Source: the human T2T-CHM13v2.0 reference genome, Homo sapiens
Length of the DNA: 64,000 nt
NCBI RefSeq assembly: GCF_009914755.1
Contig: NC_060936.1
Direction: 5' to 3' (one strand)
The notes below the pieces were generated by a model that was given only the letters and a program-made list of their open reading frames with translations, was not told the DNA's origin and ran no database searches. This document shows, one piece after another, positions 52,681 through 64,000 of this stretch. Every line of letters begins with the position of its first letter. Position 1 is the stretch's first letter. Position numbers and translations under genes: made by a program.

Positions 52681-54429
52681 TTAGTATAATTCAGCAAAAC
52701 ATACTAAATGTGAAATATTTTAAAATGTATATTATTAAAAGCTTATTGTTGCAATAATATCTGAATATTAAAAATACTTTTACCTCACCACAGAAATTAG
52801 AAGAACTAACAAAACACATAGAAAAACTTTTTTTCTTTTCTATTAGTATTCTGATTATCATTATTGTTACTAATTGACAAAATTTTAGGTATTTTTCTAT
52901 ACGAATAAAGATTTTATTAGTATAAATTTGATATAATAAATATGAAGCTGAAGGATGTAAATATTCTGTGTTCTGCTTAAGTGAAAAAATTTCAATTATT
53001 TCTAATGTATGATATTTTTCTTTTGAATAGTAAAATATTCAGAAATCAAAAAGAAAAGAAAAGAAAGCACATTTTCACAACTATAATTAGGAAGGAAAAA
53101 CTAATTACTGGAATACCTTCACCATTAAGGTTCATGTTTCTAGTAAGCTTAAATTGAATTATCTCCAAATCTTCTCACTTCTTAGAAGGGACATATAATT
53201 TTAAAATACAGGAAAATCCCATTTCAGGTTTCATAAGGCCTATTTTGTATTCATTCTCATGCTTGAATTTCTATGACTATGTCAAAGGAATAGATATATT
53301 TAGGGCTGAATGAAATTTCTTTATAATGTTTTCCATGGACTGAGCTATTTTCAGAACAATTGGGAACCATTATGCAGCTATATACAGAGGTTTTATAGGC
53401 CTTTTGTTGAAACTTTAAAAATGTGATGTTACATATGGGAATATAATATGCCATTTTTGATATAAATTCTTTGCATTTTAATGTTGAGTAAGTATTATGC
53501 ATAACTTGGCTAGTTCATGCTCAAGGCTGTCACCTCTAAATAACTCAGATTTTTTTAAAAGAAAACACAGTACCATGCATTTAGAAATTTATAATCAGTT
53601 CAGTCTGAAGAGTATATCTATTTTAGTACAAGTTCTAGTGTTATTACATTTCATAAGATAGCCTTTATTTAAGACTTTGTTGTTCCTCCATTCTTTTCAG
53701 TAATAACTGGTTTCAATGAAGAGTGTATTATGGTATATTATTAACCCATTTACTCTTGGACTTTCCTCCCACCTATCTTTCTTTCTGCCACTTTAAGCTG
53801 TCAGTCCATTGTATTCAATGGAGCATCAGAAAATACCAAGTTCTTTCAGCAGCACAGCAGGTGCACATTTATGAAGCGTATCTGATATATTCAGCAACAG
53901 TCAACAGATTAATGTCACTGCTCAAAATCCTTGTTAAGAGAAAGGGGGAAACAGTGATATAAAAATGAAAGTGCTATTTCCTTCATATATTTAAAGACAA
54001 TTTTAGAAAATGTGGTGAAATTGTCTCTCCAGATTCCTAAATGATAGCCTCTATCACTTTTTTTCCAACCTAATTCCTAGACCCATTTGACTTTAAATCT
54101 ATTAATCATGTGTTCATTTATTTAAAGTAACCTGGACTATATAAGAGGCTAAAGATGAAGGGATATAAAATATGGATTTTAAAGATAACAATCATCGTCT
54201 CAGTCTATCTAAATGGGCTTCTATAATTCCCAAACTAATTATAATATTGAATACTTCTTTCCTTATTTCATTAATTACAATAACAATATATAATATTTAG
54301 AAACATATATATGGATATATATACACACACAGGAAATGTACGGAAGAGATTCTTAAATATCTTCTAATTTCTCTTCCTTTTTATTTTCCTAACATTCATA
54401 GTAATCGTGCGTGTGTATGTGGAGGGCGG

Positions 54430-56195
54430 GGGGTGTTAAGCTTGGCATTTCACTGCTCAGGACAGCTTATATTTCCTAAACTTTCTTTCAGCTTGATGTC
54501 ACCTTGTGACTAATTTCTGGCCAATAAAATATAAGCAAAAAACTTGTGAGGCAGCTTCTGGACCTTTCTTAAAGAAAATTTCATGTGTTCTTTGACTATA
54601 ATTCTACATTCCTATCTTCATTCTATTGCCTGTAACATTCAGATTGTTATCTTACACCACGAGGTCAAAAAGGCATGATATGTACAATAAGATAAAACAA
54701 GTAAATGGATAGATGAGGCTGACAGCGATTTTTTTACTGTCAGAGAGGTAAATTACACATAAGCAAGAAAGGAATGTTATAAAAATAATATGGTACTCAA
54801 TTAGAGGCAGTGACATAAGAATGAATTTAAGTTTGGTTTAGGTGTGTGTGTGTGTTTGTGTGTATATATATACATGTATGCATATATATGTGTGTATGTC
54901 CACACAGAGAAGATACTTAGAATTATTATTCTAAGTATTTGTTATTATTACCTAGTTCTACTTGCTAAAAGAGCCTAGAATCAGTGACACCTCAGAAGCA
55001 ACAAGCACACCTAATGCGCAAGTCTTGATTTCTAAGTATGTTTTTCATAAAAGGAACTAAAGCTTGTTGGAGAAACGACTTATTCTAATTGGGACAAGAA
55101 AAATGTAATTCTGGAGCATCTTTGAATGTAAGGACTTTCTAAAAAATACAAAAGGATGGTAACATGTTAAGAGAAATTGAAGGCAATCTGAAGTAGCTCC
55201 CAATTGCCATAGCTGGGAAATCTGAGCAACAAAATGAGGAATGTAATAATGAATTACAACTCAAAGTGTAAAATAAATACCAATGAGCCATAATGATAAA
55301 AATAAGTAATTAAATGATGAATAAAATTAGATAGAAGAGGTAAATATTCCTTACTTCCTTACAGACTTCCTCTTAACATATGTAATGTCTCCCCACTCCA
55401 AAAGGAGCTTAATCTCTTCCCCCTTAAGGATGTGCTAAACCTAGTGACATGCTTCCAAAAAATAGAATACAGTATATGAAAAAGGAAACAAAGTAATTTA
55501 AGAGTGAAGAAATCTAAAAAACACGGTACCATAACCAAGTGATGATTGATATCATCAATAATAATGTGTATCCACTCATGTGATGTGATGAGAAGGGCAC
55601 TTCACCTCTGTAGTATTCTTGCCAAAAATCAATAACCCGAGTTTAATTATGAAAAAATATCAAGCAAACCCAGATTGGGAGGCAGTCTGCTGGCTATCTG
55701 ACCAGTATACCTCAAGGTCATGGGAAAGATGTGAAGATTGAAACATTGTCACAGACCAGAGGAGACTTCATAGACATGACAAATAAGTGTTTATTGTACC
55801 CTTGATTGGATCTTGGAACAGAAAGAGACATTAATAGACAAGCTGGTAAAATGTAAACATAGTCTGAATTTTAGTTAATAGTAATGTACTGATATTGGTT
55901 TCTTACACGGTTAACCGTCAGGGAAACGTGGTGAGGGGTATACTTTAAATTTCCATATTATCTTTGTAACTTTTATTGAAATCTAAATGTACTCTGAAAT
56001 TAAAATTTTATTAAGAAACAAACAAAAAGTTATGAGGTAATGGTGCAACAAAAAGAAAGAAGCCTAGATCCTGACCCCATGGAATGTCTTACAGCCCTGG
56101 CCTCTGACTCTGAATTCTAGATAACAGAAATAAACTTGTATGAATAATTGCTACTTTGGGTATTTAATTCCCAGCCAAACTGAAACTCACATTCG
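54430..56195 (+). mobile_element. MLT1J/I-like LTR, split by L1MC
   Basis: tgtgactaatttctggccaataaaatataagc...atcttacaccacgagg [insert] ...aagaagcctagatcctga...agaaataaactt. Confidence 0.65.
54667..56028 (+). mobile_element. L1MC (MC3-like) 3'UTR with A-rich tail
   Basis: aaggaactaaagcttgttggagaaa...gatgagaagggcacttcacctctgtagtattcttgccaaaa...gattggatcttggaacagaaa...atctttgtaactttt. Confidence 0.8.
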
Positions 56196-56274
56196 TCTAG
56201 TAAACAAGCATGAAAATGACAAAAAAATCACCAAAAAATTTCCAGAAATTACAATGCAAATGCAATGTGTTTTA

Positions 56275-61758
<5,484 letters not shown>

Positions 61759-62039
61759 TAGTTTTAAATCTTATTTTTAGCAACCCATAAAACCCTATCA
61801 GTTAAAAACATTTTATGCTTAACTTTGTTCATTTTAATTCACATGTCCTAATGAGCAATAAGCTAAGATTACATATCAAATGTCCCTCTATTAATAAAGG
61901 AAACATGGATGCTTCAAACATGAGAATTTGGAAAATTGAAGCTCTTCTGAGATTCTCACATTTTTAGAATAACATTTACAAAATTAAGCCTGAAATTATG
62001 TTAGATATTGTACTAGATTTATTTAATTTATGGTCCCAG

Positions 62040-62467
62040 CCAATAACTTTCCTGTCCTTATATCCTGTGGAATGTGAATTCTCAAGTTCCTTACTTCAAG
62101 AGGTAAAGTTTCTTTTTTCTTTTTTTCATCATCTCTTGAATATGAGCTGAGCATAGTATATACTTTGACTAATGAAATGCAGCAAAAGTGAGTTGTGTTA
62201 TTTTAAGATCCAGGTCTCAGAAACCTTGTGTGCTACTGTTTCCATTGGATTTCTGCCTCAGGCCTGAGACCAAGTCTGGACTAGCCTGTAGGAGGATGAA
62301 AGAATATATGGAGGAAAGCTAAATCTCGAGCATACAAGCCCCAGTCAAGATCAGCAGAGCCTGTTCTACAGAAGGAAAACTGCCTAGTTAACCAATAGGC
62401 TGGTGATAAATAATAAATTGTTTTATTTCTAGAGTGATTCGTTATTCAATGACAACTTACCAATACA
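62040..62467 (+). mobile_element. MLT1H-like MaLR LTR
   Basis: tttgactaatgaaatgcagcaaaagtga...ctagcctgtaggaggatgaaaga...cagtcaagatcagcagagcc...ccaataca. Confidence 0.7.
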
Positions 62468-62756
62468 AAGCTCTATTCTTACATGTTGACTGCATATAAA
62501 TCTCTCATTCAAATAGTCCACTCCCAGAGCAGTGTCTAGGTCAAAAGATCATATAGAAAAATAAAAAATAATGTAAAAATAGCTATAATAATGTGAATGG
62601 ATCTACAAAGCAGTATTTTTTAATCTACATTTGTCACCCAGTCACCAAACTTAAATACCATGAGGCCCCACTCACTCCAAACTTCAATCCAATTCCAATT
62701 TACACACATTCTTCAATTTTTACTCCTATTAATTCTGCATTGTACATTCTAAAACA

Positions 62757-62967
62757 ACTCTACAAAAAATACAAAAATTAGCAGGGTGTGGTGGCCGCAC
62801 GCCTGTAGTCCGAGCTACTGGGGAGAGTTAAGGTTGAAGGATCACTTGAGTGCAGGAGGTTGAGGCTGTGGTGTGCTGAGATCACACCATTGCATTCCAG
62901 CCTTGCACTCCAGCCTGGGTGACAGGGAAAGACCACGTCTCAAAACAATAAAAAATATAAAATAAAC
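62757..62967 (+). mobile_element. 5'-truncated AluJ with an internal 13-bp duplication (62890-62915)
   Basis: ctctacaaaaaatacaaaaattagc...gaaggatcacttgag...gaggctg; ttgcattccagcc/ttgcactccagcc. Confidence 0.9.
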
Positions 62968-64000
62968 TAACTAATAAGTTCAGCAAGGTTGACAGATTCA
63001 AAATCAAAATACAAATATCAATTATATTTCTATACACACACTGAACAATCTGAAAATGAAATTAAGAAAGTAATTCAGTTTATACTAGTATGAAAATATA
63101 AAATAGAAATAATATAAAAAAAGAAGTGCAAAACTTACACTCTGAAATCTACAAAACATTGTTAAAACAAGTTAAACCTCTAAATAATTAGAGAAACATT
63201 CTGTATTTATGGAATCAAAACACTTAACATTGTTAAGACAGCAACACTCCCAAACTGTCTACTGCTCAACAGATTCAATGCAATCCCTATCAGTACCCCA
63301 AAAGATTCTTTGTCGAAATTGACATGCTGCATCTAAAATTCATATAAAATTGCAAGGGACCCAAAATAGTCAAAATAATTTTGAAAATGAATAACAGGGT
63401 AGAAAGCTTCACACTTTCATATTTCAAAATCTAAGACAAAGCAACAATAATCACCACAGTGCAGAATTGGCACAAGGATGTAAACAAATGGAATACAATT
63501 GAGAGTCCATAAGTAAAGCCACACATCTTTGGTCAATTGATTTTTAATCAGGGTGTCAAGATCATGCAATGAGAAAAAGAATGGTGTTTTCAACAAATGA
63601 TGTTTCGTCAACTGTGTAGCTACATGCAAAGGAATGAAGTCAGACCCTTAACTAACACATACACAAAAATTTTCTCAAAATAGTCAAAGACCCAAATAGA
63701 AGAGCTAAAGCTATAAAACTATTACAAGAAGTCATGTGGTAAGCCTATACGATGTTGGGTTCAGCAATGGATTATTAGATATGACACAAAAGGCAGAAAA
63801 AAAAGATAAGTTGGACTTCATCCAAGTGAAAAAACCTTTTTGCTTCACAAGACACCATTAAGACAGTAAAAAATACAACCCATAGACTGGGAGAAATATT
63901 TGTAATTCATACATCCGATAAGGGACTTGTATCCAGAATATATAAATAACTCTGATAACTCAGTAACAAAAGGACAATCCAAATAAAAATGGGAAAAATA
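62968..64000 (+). mobile_element. L1M (MB/MC-type) ORF2 3' portion, running off the window end
   Basis: ttcagcaaggttg...cagattcaatgcaatccctatc...gcaagggacccaaaatagtcaaaa...gactgggagaaatatttg. Confidence 0.88.

Noticed and set aside
54719-54743. Hairpin ctgacag...ctgtcag
   Set aside because: Short stem inside an L1MC 3'UTR; no sign of an RNA gene

Overview
AT-rich primate (human-like, catarrhine/hominoid) genomic DNA, intergenic or deep intronic, dominated by transposable-element fossils. I find no protein-coding gene, tRNA/rRNA gene or CRISPR array. The long ORFs in the track come from Alu, L1, LTR12, Tigger1 or microsatellites. Main elements: a Tigger1 fossil (1-2027) carrying three microsatellites; an AluY split by an internally deleted solo LTR12C with both target-site duplications (TSDs) visible (15219-16298); a full-length dead L1PA8A-like LINE with a 15-bp TSD (43085-49470, minus); a long L1MA (56275-61430, minus); about a dozen Alus; many MaLR/ERVL LTRs; MIR, L2, CR1, MER20 and MER5 fossils; and many short tandem duplications. 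Best leads: the Alu-LTR12-Alu composite, which has lost the LTR promoter and polyA signal and has no Pol III terminator for about 1.4 kb; two Alus whose tails appear deleted into their own TSD; two close inverted Alu pairs; a homeobox-motif-dense repeat-free block near 20.8 kb; and a CpG-retaining unique block at 41-43 kb with a candidate micro-exon. Repeat families were assigned by eye from remembered consensus sequences, so subfamily names and the edges of old elements are approximate. I could not identify the locus, and I see no convincing novel biological system.
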